From IMG/VR virus record IMGVR_UViG_3300045256_000415: DNA of 64,000 nucleotides; one strand, 5' to 3'. Position numbers and translations under genes: made by a program. The notes under the pieces were generated by a model. The model made no database searches. It was given only the letters and a program-made list of their open reading frames with translations, and had not been told where the DNA came from. Below are positions 28,136-40,140 of the stretch, one piece after another (within the stretch, counting starts at the first letter, position 1; each line of letters starts with the position of its first letter). The stretch is from an uncultured virus (IMG/VR IMGVR_UViG_3300045256_000415) (lineage: Duplodnaviria > Heunggongvirae > Uroviricota > Caudoviricetes).

Positions 28136-31000
28136 TTACGCCCGTTGCTTCTGCCGACGCTTCTTAGTCATCGTCGCACAGCCTTCGCCACACTCCGCCA
28201 GCAGTTCGAAGGCCCGCTGAGCCACCGGGTAGTTGGTCCGGGCTTCCACCGCCGCACCCCAATTGTGGGGGACGATGCGGCAGGTAACCCCTTCCGCCAC
28301 CAAATGCTCCGCGAACGCCTCGGCGTTGCGTGGGAATCGGAACAGGGCCTTCCCCTCACCCACCATCGGCCCGCGGGCGTTGATGGTGAACAGCGGAATG
28401 TCCTGCTTCATGGCCACCTGACCGTTCGGACCAAAGAAGGTCGTTTCGAAGGTCACATCCGCCGGGTTGTGAAGCTGCAGGATCTCCTCGGCGTCGGCCA
28501 GGGCCTCGGCGAGGTTGTCCCGCTTCGGGGTCCGGCTCTTCTTGAGGAAGGCCGGCTTCCCATCTTTCTTGCCCTTCTCCTTCTTGCCACCGAACGGCGG
28601 GGCCTTCTTGCCACCGAACGGCGGGGCCTTCTTCCCGCCGCCCTTCTCCTCCTTGCCCTTAAGGAAGGCGGGCTTAGCACCTTCCACCACCAGCAGGCTG
28701 AACTGCGTCGTGTACTTGCCAGCACCCAGACCGCGGGCCCCTTCCTGAATCTGCTTCTTGATGTAGGCACCTAGCTTCTGGATATTCTCCTGAACCTGCT
28801 GGGTGGCCGCACCAGTCGCCTGGGGCTGAGCCGGACGAGCCGTCTGACCTGCGGCCTGAGGAGCCGGAGCCGCCGGCCGCGAGGCCGGACGCTGGAACTG
28901 TTGCGGAGCCGCGGCCGGACGAGCACCAGGGGCCGCGTTGGGAACCGCACCAGCGGTCGGTTGTGCCGTCATCGTCCCCGGAGTACCAGCCACCGCACTC
29001 TCACTCATCGATTGACCGGACAGCTTCTTCTCAGTGCCGGATAGCCACAGGTCGCTGCCGATCCCGTCGTCCCCGGACTTGGCCATCGCCTTGCCGTTCT
29101 GGGACTTCCCAAGCAGATTCTTGTCGCCATGGGTGGTCATCTCGGTGGGCTGCTTCGGCAGGTTCTCCTTCGGGCCGTCGCCCCCACCCAGCTTGGTCCC
29201 TTCCGGCTTGTTCATCGCCTCGTTTTCGACGAGGGGGTTGAAACCTGGGAACTTCCGCATCAGCCCTTCGAGGGTCGCCTGCACCTTGGTCGGGCAGGTC
29301 CGGGCGTTGACCCGACCGGCATGGTACGACCAGGAGTAGTTCAGGGCTTCAGCCAGATCCCGCGTCTTGGCCTTGGGGTTCCGCTCGATGAGGCTCCGGG
29401 CCGACTCCATGAAGTTCTTCAGGCACTCGATGATACCGGGGCCATTCTCGATAACCCGACGCCGCGACTCCATCGGCGGAGGCGACAGTGGGACGTCGTT
29501 GGGGCTGGCTCCGCCGGCCCCCGGCCCGCTCAGCCCGGCCATCGGGTCCATCATCTCGACGCCACACTCTGGGCATTCGGCGTCTTCGCCTTGGTAGCCA
29601 CAGCCGGGGCACTCCATATTGCCTGCTCCACCCAGGCCACCAGCTCCGCCGTCCATGCCCATTTCCAGCCCCGGTCCGACACCACCCGAGTCCATCTCAC
29701 CACCGATGGAGTCCTGGAGTTCGCCACCCATCGGACCTTCGTCCTCTAGGCCATCTAGACCGGATGCACCGCCCAGACCCGGCTCTTCTTCCTGGTCGAA
29801 CATTCCCTCACGGATGGTTCGCTTACCCACGAAAGGGCGGCGATTCTCACCCTCCGTCAGGGGCTCCGCGACCCAATAGGGGCCATTGGCGTCCCGACCT
29901 TCGAAGAACATGTACTCCTGGTTCTCGTTCATCAGGCTCAGGAGGGACGACTCGTCGATCACCACGCCGGCACCATGGGCGTCCAGGAGGTCCTGGAAAT
30001 CCTCAACGCAGACGGCGGAGGCGGTGCGGGCGTAGCTGTTGAACAGCCCCTGCACGTCGAACTCCTCGCCCATCAGCCGGGCCATGTTGTTCGGGCTCCA
30101 CTCCTTGCTTTCGCCGACGTGCCCAAGCTGCGGGCCGTCCGTGCCGGTGATCGGCCCGTCGGAGGGCATACCAGGACCTTCAGTGTGGGTCCAGGTGTCA
30201 GCCCCCGGCCCGTGGCCTTGCGGCAGGGTGCCGCCGTCAGACCAGCGGTCGCCGCCGAACGGCTCGGCCACGCCGGACCCGGTGTTCTTCTGCGGAGTGG
30301 TGAGGTTCAGGTCGCGAATCTTCTTCTGGTGGCCGTCGTTGGGCTCGCCGTGGGTGCTCTTGTGGCCGCCCTGCGACTTGTGCTCCGCGCCGTCGTCATC
30401 GACGTCGCACATGGCCGCCGTCTCGTTGTGGTCGCGGGGCCATTCCTTCCCGGCACCGGTCAACTCGGTGTCGTAGCTGCCCACGGTGTCCTGGGTGGGA
30501 GCACGTTCGGCGACACCCTTGCCAGCCGGCTTGGACATCTGGTACTCACCGGGATTGTAACCGGCTCCCTTGAAAGGGGGCTGCCACTCGTTCAGCGTTC
30601 GGCGGGTGTTCCTAACGCTCTCCATCTGAGGCGACGACCGACGCAGTATTAATTTTCCAGCACCGTATTCTTCGACTTCGAACCCCGCCCTCCGGACTTT
30701 CCGGAAGACTTGGTGGTATTCTCTGCTACGAGTGATGGCCATCAGTTCGCCGAGATCGACAACGGCTTCGTCATCGTCTCCCAGCAAAGCATCTAGCTCG
30801 GTTGCGAGGCCGTAGTTCGATCCCATTCCGTAATCACGTGGATCGCTAAATCCCGGCTCAAAGGCTTCGTTCTTAACGTTCATACCACCATCTCCAGTAA
30901 CGTCTTTGTTTTGACGTCTTTTCTTTTTGAAAAGACTTAAAGCCGCCGGTGCGATGGTGATCGCCCCGGTGCCCACGAATGATTCCGTGTGAGTTTCCAC
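28136..31000 (-). CDS. Large low-complexity protein, putative prohead core/internal head protein
   Basis: 954 aa, G/E/P-rich, many xxE sites (HTES, QMES, TLNE, LTEG, IREG, LVEN, MSES), CPGC..CPEC, KKAPPFGG x2. Confidence 0.7.
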   Translation of the reverse strand: METHTESFVGTGAITIAPAALSLFKKKRRQNKDVTGDGGMNVKNEAFEPGFSDPRDYGMGSNYGLATELDALLGDDDEAVVDLGELMAITRSREYHQVFRKVRRAGFEVEEYGAGKLILRRSSPQMESVRNTRRTLNEWQPPFKGAGYNPGEYQMSKPAGKGVAERAPTQDTVGSYDTELTGAGKEWPRDHNETAAMCDVDDDGAEHKSQGGHKSTHGEPNDGHQKKIRDLNLTTPQKNTGSGVAEPFGGDRWSDGGTLPQGHGPGADTWTHTEGPGMPSDGPITGTDGPQLGHVGESKEWSPNNMARLMGEEFDVQGLFNSYARTASAVCVEDFQDLLDAHGAGVVIDESSLLSLMNENQEYMFFEGRDANGPYWVAEPLTEGENRRPFVGKRTIREGMFDQEEEPGLGGASGLDGLEDEGPMGGELQDSIGGEMDSGGVGPGLEMGMDGGAGGLGGAGNMECPGCGYQGEDAECPECGVEMMDPMAGLSGPGAGGASPNDVPLSPPPMESRRRVIENGPGIIECLKNFMESARSLIERNPKAKTRDLAEALNYSWSYHAGRVNARTCPTKVQATLEGLMRKFPGFNPLVENEAMNKPEGTKLGGGDGPKENLPKQPTEMTTHGDKNLLGKSQNGKAMAKSGDDGIGSDLWLSGTEKKLSGQSMSESAVAGTPGTMTAQPTAGAVPNAAPGARPAAAPQQFQRPASRPAAPAPQAAGQTARPAQPQATGAATQQVQENIQKLGAYIKKQIQEGARGLGAGKYTTQFSLLVVEGAKPAFLKGKEEKGGGKKAPPFGGKKAPPFGGKKEKGKKDGKPAFLKKSRTPKRDNLAEALADAEEILQLHNPADVTFETTFFGPNGQVAMKQDIPLFTINARGPMVGEGKALFRFPRNAEAFAEHLVAEGVTCRIVPHNWGAAVEARTNYPVAQRAFELLAECGEGCATMTKKRRQKQRA

Positions 31001-31025
31001 GGTAATGTTTGCTCCGAATTAATCC

Positions 31026-31262
31026 TTAGAAACTCACCGAGTACCATTGCATCCGCGTATCAGAATGATGCCTCTTAGCGTGATTGACCCACTGGCAAAC
31101 TTTGTTGGCTGTGGTTTGATCCAACTTTTTGGTCGCGGTCGATCCGGCCCGCCATTTCCGGACATAAGCATTATGGCAATCAACGCATCGATTGCGATTC
31201 TTCTTAAACGGTCTATCACTACGGCCGCAGTCTCTACAGAATTTCGCTGGTGGCCTCGGCAA
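31026..31262 (-). pseudogene. Internally deleted HNH endonuclease remnant
   Basis: CRDC..CVDC N-terminus joined to VCQWVNHAKRHHSD, which matches the HNH tail of the 31785 protein. Confidence 0.6.
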
Positions 31263-31734
31263 TTATTGCGATAGACCATTTCGACTCTTTGAGGCCATCA
31301 CCGATCGAACCCTGATTATATTTGCTGATTGGCCTACCACCTAGCGGGTTCCCAGCAATGGGGATCTTGGCACGGGACACATCCGGAGCGTCCGCCGGAG
31401 ACGGCCCCAGCCCTAACCCCACCTCTGAGGTCTGCGGGGCTACGGTCATGTTCGTCAAAGAGTCCCCATTGGCTCTCGCTGGGTCCCCACGTGACGCAAC
31501 CAGTTGAGGAGGGCTCGGTTGATTGACAGCCCGCTGGTTGATCGGCTGCTCCGCACTCAACGCCGGAGCCTGCCCAAACGACACACTCTCCAGAAGCCCA
31601 AGAAGATCCTCAGCAAGCTCGTCTAATTCGTTTAACGTACCTTCTGGGCGTTTCCCTTTCTCTTTACGTACAACTTCTGTTTGACCAAGCTTATTGACAC
31701 GCACAATTATTTCACGACGGCTAGTGGTTCCCAT
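31234..31734 (-). CDS. Hypothetical protein, possible head-internal
   Basis: 166 aa; LLES, LKES motifs. Confidence 0.6.
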   Translation of the reverse strand: MGTTSRREIIVRVNKLGQTEVVRKEKGKRPEGTLNELDELAEDLLGLLESVSFGQAPALSAEQPINQRAVNQPSPPQLVASRGDPARANGDSLTNMTVAPQTSEVGLGLGPSPADAPDVSRAKIPIAGNPLGGRPISKYNQGSIGDGLKESKWSIAIIAEATSEIL

Positions 31735-31784
31735 GTAAGTATCTTGTCACGAACTCCATCTAAAACTACAACAACAACAACAAA

Positions 31785-32669
31785 TTGCGGAGAATACCCA
31801 TGATTTGCAAATGTGGACAGCCAAAACAACGACGACCATCAGGCAAATTGGTATGTCGTCGTTGCGTGCGGGAAAGACAGTTGAAATATCGACTAGCAAA
31901 CCCAGAGAAAGTACGACAATGGGAAATAAATTATCGTAACACACACGCGAATGAGCTAATAGAGAGAGTTAGAACCAGACGCCAAAGCAGCCACAAATTA
32001 TGGCTGATGGCAAAACTGACAACCATCAGGGCTCGGCGGTCTATAGATTGTACTATCACAATAGACGATCTCCTTGAATTGTGGGACGTGCAGAAGGGTC
32101 TATGCCGACACACCAAATTACCGATGACCACCAAAGAACACGATTATACAGCAGCAAGCGTTGATAGAATTGATTCAACACGTGGTTACACACGAGACAA
32201 CATCCAACTCGTGTGTAAGGCAATCAACTTAGGCAAGAAAAATTTCAAAGACAGCCGAATCGCTGAACTGATCGCGGGGTTACATGGCACACCAATCGCA
32301 GCACCACTACAGTATCGCACAGAGAAACGATATAGAAGATACCAAAAATCGCCCAAGCATTTTTTACAACATAAACTAAACATTTTACGCAGAAATGACA
32401 AGCATAAGGTTACAGTGTCATTAACGGAATTAGAGAAGAAATGGGTTGGAGTATGCTATGTAACACAATTACCAATTTTCCCGATTTTACACGACCCATT
32501 ATCAGCAAGTCTCGATAGAATCGATTCAAACCGTCCATATGACTCATCAAATACAATCATAACTTGCCAGTGGGCCAACTTGGCTAGAAACCATGGTGAT
32601 TTTGATGGCTTCATTAATTTCATAAGAACCATCAGAGCTAATTCACAACCAAACAACAACATCAGCTAA
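31785..32669 (+). CDS. Tandem-domain HNH-type homing endonuclease
   Basis: Two copies of C..T.LP..ASxDRIDS.R.Y..N..C..N; AT-rich; antisense to neighbours. Confidence 0.85.
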   Translation: MRRIPMICKCGQPKQRRPSGKLVCRRCVRERQLKYRLANPEKVRQWEINYRNTHANELIERVRTRRQSSHKLWLMAKLTTIRARRSIDCTITIDDLLELWDVQKGLCRHTKLPMTTKEHDYTAASVDRIDSTRGYTRDNIQLVCKAINLGKKNFKDSRIAELIAGLHGTPIAAPLQYRTEKRYRRYQKSPKHFLQHKLNILRRNDKHKVTVSLTELEKKWVGVCYVTQLPIFPILHDPLSASLDRIDSNRPYDSSNTIITCQWANLARNHGDFDGFINFIRTIRANSQPNNNIS

Positions 32670-32675
32670 CTTTGG

Positions 32676-33233
32676 TCAAAAACCCGTCTTCAACCGCCAA
32701 GCAGCTATTTGCCAGTTCTTCTGGGGGATCTTATTCACCAGTTGAGCATCGGACCGGTCCAGATACTCTACGTATGCCTTCCCGTCTACAATCACAAAGT
32801 CGCTCTTCAGCTTGTCCAACAGGAACTCCCGCACCCGCCGGTCCAGATCTCCACCTTCGAAAACCTGCCGCCGTGGATAAGTCAGAATCTGTGGGTTGTA
32901 GTACGGGAATATGGTTCCGCCCTGACCAAGCTTCGGAACCGCCACCGGCTCAGCCTTATCCACAATCTTCGGCGGCTGAGATTGCTGCTCCTTTACAATC
33001 ATATGTGGATAATGCTTCGAAAGGAACTCAAAAAGCTTATCCACTGCTCCCGGCATCCGCTCAAACTCCTTGAGCAGTTCTACCATCAGATCCTTGTTTT
33101 GGTTACAACCACGAGATTCTTGGAGCCGCCGCATAAACTTGCGATAAACGGCGGCATCGAGATGGAACAGCCACGCCTGCCACGACGGGGAGGTTGACAG
33201 GCTGCAGAACTTATCGACTTTCACTTTGAGCAT
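32676..33233 (-). CDS. Hypothetical protein
   Basis: 185-aa ORF in structural-gene strand. Confidence 0.6.
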   Translation of the reverse strand: MLKVKVDKFCSLSTSPSWQAWLFHLDAAVYRKFMRRLQESRGCNQNKDLMVELLKEFERMPGAVDKLFEFLSKHYPHMIVKEQQSQPPKIVDKAEPVAVPKLGQGGTIFPYYNPQILTYPRRQVFEGGDLDRRVREFLLDKLKSDFVIVDGKAYVEYLDRSDAQLVNKIPQKNWQIAAWRLKTGF

Positions 33234-33257
33234 AACACACGTTCTGCAGAGGGTCCA

Positions 33258-33522
33258 ATGGGGAAGGCTGAAAACAACCGGCTTCTAAAGCAACGCCGCC
33301 GAGACACCGGCATTTGTCCCACGTGTGCCACACGACCACTCGAAAAAGATCGCAGTGCTTGTTGAGTCTGTCTTGACAAGGCCAATACCCGTCGTAAGTC
33401 TAAGTACCGTGATGCCGTTCGAGAGTCAGCGTGCATGGTCGGTGCGGCAGCCACAAACTCGCCAGACTACTGAAAAAGCAAGGTTGGCCAACAGGGTATC
33501 AGATTTTACAGTTGAAACATAA
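33258..33522 (+). pseudogene. Zn-finger endonuclease remnant with nonsense codon
   Basis: MGKAENN..GICPTC..SAC*VCLDK with TGA at 33363 inside a CxxC; 3' end approximate. Confidence 0.55.
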
Positions 33523-33567
33523 TATTACCAGATCCTTCAATGGCAGTATCTGTCCTCATGTCTGCAC

Positions 33568-35822
33568 CTATCTGGCCGGGAATAGCACCGTCATCAATTG
33601 GTAACTCAGGTGCCGGATTCCGGCAGGATTGCCCTTGGCATCCTCAAACTCACCCTCGACAATCAGGCGAGCCACCATCTCGTTCAATTTCTCATCGAAA
33701 TGGAACGTGACGGTATCACCAGCCGGGAGCGGCACGAACGTCTTCCCATCCAGAGTCGGCCACGCGAACGCCACATGCCCCTTAGTCTTCAGGAACTTGG
33801 CGATGCACGGCTCAGCCTCAGACTCCCCACCACCGCAAGCCAGATCGGTACCGAAAGATCGCTTGACGATTATCCAGTCCTGCCCAGCGACATTGAGCAC
33901 CAGCCCACAGCAATTGCCGCTCTCCCAACTCCTTTCATACCACGCCAGATGCGACACCGACATCTGGCAGTCCAGCGTCTCGTCAACTGGCTCTGCTTGC
34001 GGCTCCGCCGGGGGTTCAGGAGTCTGAACTGGCTCCTCCACCTTAGCTTCGGCCACCTTCACCGACTTGACAGGAACCACAAAGTCCGGAAGCTGCGGAG
34101 TGGTCCGAGTCTGCCGCAAAACCACCTCTACCGTACCAGAGGTGCTCTGCGGGGCCAGACTCGGCAACCACACCGAAACCATCCCACCACCATGGCTGAA
34201 CGACAGCCCCAGGCCCTCATAGGCACTCTTGGCGTCGAGAAGGTTGTCGAATTCCCCCTTATCGAGGAACTGGACAGACCGCATCAGACCACTGCGGAAG
34301 TACTGAATCTTGGCGTTAGCCCGATGCTTACCGTCGATTCGTGCGTCAGCCCGGCTAATGACCGCCGTGTAGTCCCCAGCTAGCAGCGGCACCTGCACCG
34401 CGGTAGCCAGAGTCGAATGGATCAGCGGATCGAGAGTGACGACAGCTTCGCGTACCGCGTCCTCAGTCTTAGCGACCTGTGCTGCCAGATTCTGAGTCTT
34501 AGCCGGCGCCGCACTCTTACCGGAGTTAGCCGGCGGCGGTGGTGACGGATCGTTTTTCTCATCGCCTTTGAAGCCACTCACCCCGCCAGTTTTCAAGTTC
34601 GGGTACTGAGGGAACTTCGAGGGGTTGTCGCCCTTACACACGTCCGGGTAGCCAAGCTGCCGGAGCGTTTTGGTCGGGGACACGTTGACCGCTTCGTCAC
34701 TATTGCGGCCGTGCAACAGCACATTGGCACTACCAGCAGCAGAAGCAGCCAGCGACTCGATATCGTTGCGGATCTCGGCGTTCTTCTTGATTGACTTGCA
34801 ACGCTCCAAAGCACAGCACAGAGCGGCTTTCTGCTCGTCGAATAGGTCAGACATCGTTTGGACCCAGAACTTCACTATGTTCTGGTAGCCCGTCTTGATG
34901 ATGTTGGCCTCGATCAGGAACCGGTCACGGATTGCGTTGACGATCGGTTCGACGTCAATGTAGAAGATCTTCTGGAACCGCCCGGCTCCGATTGTCGCAC
35001 CGCAAGCGATCGGGCTCCGCGGATCTGAGATCGGACCATCTTCCTGGTCCCCGGTCACAGCGAGAACCCACGAACTGGTATCGTCCTGGACGCGGAACTT
35101 ATTAGCGGCGTAACCGGTCGGCCCAATCAGTTGTCGGTCGAAGACAATCTTATACTTCAATGGATCATCTGGATCGAATACGACCTTGCCACCCACGAGG
35201 GCCTTCGTCATACCCTCATTTGGCTCGACTTGCAGGTCGTCTGGCTCCACAGTCAGGCTACACGGCGGAGCCGTGCCGTCCGCTCCTGCGTCACCGGGAG
35301 GGCCAGTGAGAATGTAGTCGGGTCCCCGTGGACCCTGCTTGCCTTTGTCGCCCTTATCACCCTGTCGCCCACTGGTGTTGAACTGCTTCCGCAGCTTCAA
35401 GTCATCCACCAGTTCTGGGAAGTCGATGGTGAAGTCGAAGCCGTAAGTGTGCTGGTGGATGTGGAACGGCACATCTTGAGACAGCAATTCACCTGTTGGC
35501 CCGATGTTCTGGACCTTGACTGTCCCCTCTACTCCAACGAACTTATCACCTGAGTAGAGCCCAATCGTCCCCGACCGGAATGGGGCGGCACAGTCTGTCC
35601 CGATAATACTGCTCAACGGCGGAGGCAGGACCAGCCGATTGAGCTTCTTAAGATCAACCGCTGACATAGCCCCATCGTTACTGAACGTGGCCAATGGAAT
35701 GGTCACGCCAGTGGCGGTGAGCTTGATCCACGAACGGGTAGTGGCATCATACTTGAAGAAGAGGCCACTGTTCAGTTCGAAAATCATCCCGTGGCTAGGA
35801 TTCGGCGGGAATAGTGCAGTGC

Positions 35823-35826
<4 letters not shown>
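33568..35826 (-). CDS. Putative fibre/appendage protein with collagen-like repeats
   Basis: FPPNPSHG, LATFSNDGAMSAVDLKKL, GRQGDKGDKGKQGPRGP Gly-X-Y; Cys-rich; paralogous to 37352 ORF. Confidence 0.7.
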
Positions 35827-37352
<1,526 letters not shown>

Positions 37353-37443
37353 ATCCTATCTCAGTGCTGGCGGACGCCTCTTATTTTAACTATTTCTAGC
37401 TTTGTCCTCCGTGCAGTGACGACCCACGGCTCTAAACTACAGT

Positions 37444-37692
37444 ATGGAAAGCCTCCCCTTCCTGATCACCGGCGTTCCCCGTTCCGGCACCGGCTATATG
37501 GCCAAGCTGATGCAGGCTCTGGGGTATGACGTAGGCCACGAAATCATCAGGCCACACGGGATTAGCAGTTGGCTCTGGGCCGCTGATTCCCCAACTGTGC
37601 CATACGGTGCTCCACGCAACAGAGCCCAGATTGGAACAAGAATGTTGTTAACCCACGCTAGCCACTATGGTTATGAGATGCTGCAAATATAG
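37444..37692 (+). pseudogene. Internally deleted sulfotransferase-like gene
   Basis: FLITGVPRSGTGYM PAPS-binding loop and VGHE; only 82 aa, ending HYGY; 3'-phosphate motif absent. Confidence 0.6.
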
Positions 37693-37716
37693 GGAGAATC
37701 AACCAGGAGGATCAAC

Positions 37717-39210
37717 ATGCTCGAAGCTACACGACTGAAAGACGAGAACGAAGAGTGGCTGGTGGCGAAGCGGGGAGTGGTAGGGGTCGGCGTGGGCGAG
37801 AAATGGGTCGATGGCAAGCCAATCGATCAACCCGCTATCCTTGTCTTCGTCGAGAAGAAGCGGACCAAGCGTGGTGTCGCTCAGAAGTTCAGTGTCGCTG
37901 ATCTGGTGCCGGAAGAAATCGACGGCGTACCCACCGACGTGATCGAAGTGGGGAAGATCGTCAAACAAGGCTTCACCCAGCGGGTCCGGCCCATCAAGCC
38001 CGGCTTCTCGTGCGGCCACCACGACATCACCGCCGGCACCATGGGCGGGTTCTTCCTGGACGCTGACAACGAACCAGTCATCCTATCCAACAACCACGTT
38101 CTCGCCAACGAGAACAAGACCAAGGCTGGTGATCTGGTATATCAGCCCGGCCCATACGACACTCAAGCCAACCTGGACTTCCGGGGCTGGAACGATCCTG
38201 TCATCGACCTGCCCTATGTCGCCACCCTCAAGAAGTTCATCCTCTTAGGGAAGGACAACAACCCGCATGACTCGGCTGTCGCCCGCATCCACCAGAAGTT
38301 GATCCAGAACGGGTTGGTTGACTCCCTGTACCCGACCCTAAATCGGCCTCTGGCTGGTTTCGGCACTTTCGCTCCTGGGATGCAGGTCCAGAAGTGTGGG
38401 CGGACCACCGGTTACACAACCGGTCGGGTGATCGGCCTCAATGCCTCCTTCACCATCCAGTACGATTTCGGCCCCGCTCGCTTCGTCAACTGTGCGGTCC
38501 TGTCCGCGATGAGTAAGGGCGGCGACTCCGGCTCACTCATCATGGACATGAACATGAATGCCGTTGGCCTTCTGTTCGCCGGGAGCCCGAAAGTCACCAT
38601 CGCCAGCCCGATCCAGCCTGTGATCGATTTCTATGGGCTGAAACTGTGGAATCCGTCTGGCGTCACGGCTGGTGTGGACACCCTGGACTTCGGCGACAAG
38701 ACCTGGAACACCATCACAGCAGGTGGCACGGTCACGAATGATGGAAAAGTGGTGACGATTAACGGGCCGGCGAACAATTTCGCCTACCTGGAGTCGCCAC
38801 TAGCCAACTTCAACTCGGTACAGGTGACCGTGAACTCTGGGTCAGACCAGGGTGCCACGTGGGGGCCGGGTCTGACGGTGGTGTGGCCGACTGGCACCAT
38901 AAAGGTGAACGTGCGGCACAACAACAAGTTCGGTGGCTACTTCAATGGGACTTACAACATCGACGTCGGCTCGGTGAAGCCGAACACCGATTACGGGCTC
39001 CGCATCCGTAAGTCCACGGTGAAGACGTGGGTGGGTGAGGTCCGGGATGGGAATCGCTGGTACACGGTGATTGAACTACCGATGAGCATCTTCCCGCACC
39101 CGCCGGTTAGCGTGCGGGTGGGTAAGAATGATCTGGCTGGGAACCCGTCGAACCACTCGGACGCCGGGCCGGTTGGGAGTTGCACTTTCCGGGATTTCAC
39201 GCAGGACTAA
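37717..39210 (+). CDS. Trypsin-like serine protease (Nal1-like) with prodomain and C-terminal beta-sandwich
   Basis: LSNNHV (His), HDSAVA (Asp), GDSGS (Ser), KCGRTTGYT; AGGAGG SD. Confidence 0.9.
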   Translation: MLEATRLKDENEEWLVAKRGVVGVGVGEKWVDGKPIDQPAILVFVEKKRTKRGVAQKFSVADLVPEEIDGVPTDVIEVGKIVKQGFTQRVRPIKPGFSCGHHDITAGTMGGFFLDADNEPVILSNNHVLANENKTKAGDLVYQPGPYDTQANLDFRGWNDPVIDLPYVATLKKFILLGKDNNPHDSAVARIHQKLIQNGLVDSLYPTLNRPLAGFGTFAPGMQVQKCGRTTGYTTGRVIGLNASFTIQYDFGPARFVNCAVLSAMSKGGDSGSLIMDMNMNAVGLLFAGSPKVTIASPIQPVIDFYGLKLWNPSGVTAGVDTLDFGDKTWNTITAGGTVTNDGKVVTINGPANNFAYLESPLANFNSVQVTVNSGSDQGATWGPGLTVVWPTGTIKVNVRHNNKFGGYFNGTYNIDVGSVKPNTDYGLRIRKSTVKTWVGEVRDGNRWYTVIELPMSIFPHPPVSVRVGKNDLAGNPSNHSDAGPVGSCTFRDFTQD

Positions 39211-39222
39211 TCCGGAAACGGG

Positions 39223-39253
39223 ACGGCCCCGGCGATCTCTTCGCCGGGGCCGT
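39223..39253. terminator. 13-bp hairpin between convergent genes
   Basis: ACGGCCCCGGCGA-tctct-TCGCCGGGGCCGT. Confidence 0.7.
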
Positions 39254-39259
39254 GCTGTA

Positions 39260-39517
39260 TCAGTCGTCCTCGTCATCGAAATCGTCGTCGTCCAGGTCGT
39301 CATCGTCGTCGAGGTCCGAATCATCGTCATCGTCGAAGTTGTCGTCCAGGTCGTCATCCTCATCATCGTCATCGTCGAAGTTGTCGTCCAGGTCGTCATC
39401 CTCGTCATCGTCGAAGTCGTCGTCATCCGGATCGTCGTCGAGGCCGCCCTCGTCAGACATCGGGATGTTCGGCGAGAGGGTCGCCAGCCGGTTCTTCTCC
39501 AATTCGTCCAGCAGCAT
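39260..39517 (-). CDS. Extremely Asp-rich small protein
   Basis: AGGAG SD; C-terminal ~60 aa mostly D with repeated EDDDLDDNFDDDDD. Confidence 0.7.
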   Translation of the reverse strand: MLLDELEKNRLATLSPNIPMSDEGGLDDDPDDDDFDDDEDDDLDDNFDDDDDEDDDLDDNFDDDDDSDLDDDDDLDDDDFDDEDD

Positions 39518-39686
39518 TGGTCAGGCTCCTCAGTTGATGGCCCAGGGCTAACAGAGCGGTGTTCTTGGTGTCGGTTTCGAGAATAAGCCGACCCAGGGCA
39601 CCCGCAAGTTCCAGTTCGATCTTTACCGTAACACGGTTGTCTACCACGAAAGCTGGCAACGATGTCTTTGGGGTCTGGCTAGCCAT
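39453..39686 (-). CDS. Hypothetical protein
   Basis: Start MASQTP; overlaps acidic gene start. Confidence 0.5.
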   Translation of the reverse strand: MASQTPKTSLPAFVVDNRVTVKIELELAGALGRLILETDTKNTALLALGHQLRSLTNAAGRIGEEPAGDPLAEHPDV

Positions 39687-39767
39687 TACATACTCGCCGG
39701 CTTGAGCCGCTGGGCACAACACTACTGCAGATTTTTAAAGGCATACTGCAGGTTAGTGGTGGGTTGC

Positions 39768-39959
39768 TCAGACCGGCAAACAGATACCCAACTCAGCAAG
39801 AGACTCCGCCAACTTCTCCATGAGCATGGGATCGGCATAGTCAACCGCAATAATCTTGCGGACACTGGTGGCCCTGATGGTCCGCACCACTACCTCCCCA
39901 TCTTCGAAATCGATGGAGAAGGCTGGAAGGTTGACTATCTCAAAAGGAGTCATCTCCAC
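39768..39959 (-). CDS. Small protein of the [LY]xDP family
   Basis: AVDYADPMLMEKLAESL. Confidence 0.55.
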   Translation of the reverse strand: MEMTPFEIVNLPAFSIDFEDGEVVVRTIRATSVRKIIAVDYADPMLMEKLAESLAELGICLPV

Positions 39960-40140
39960 AAGTGATTCCCCACAAGGATGGAGACGTATAGTATAGCAAC
40001 CGTGGGTGCTGACGCTATACCCATCTGACGCTCAAGATACGGCCCACCCTCCTGGTCGGCCGTAATCATCGTGTTCACATCCACGCCATCTTTGTGATCG
40101 ATAGTACATTCTGTGCCTATCTTTACGGATGAACCGCATT

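Noticed and set aside
39076..39586. Poly-Ser, Val/Ile-rich and Thr/Met-rich ORFs
   Set aside because: Shadow frames of the Asp-rich gene, which has the SD
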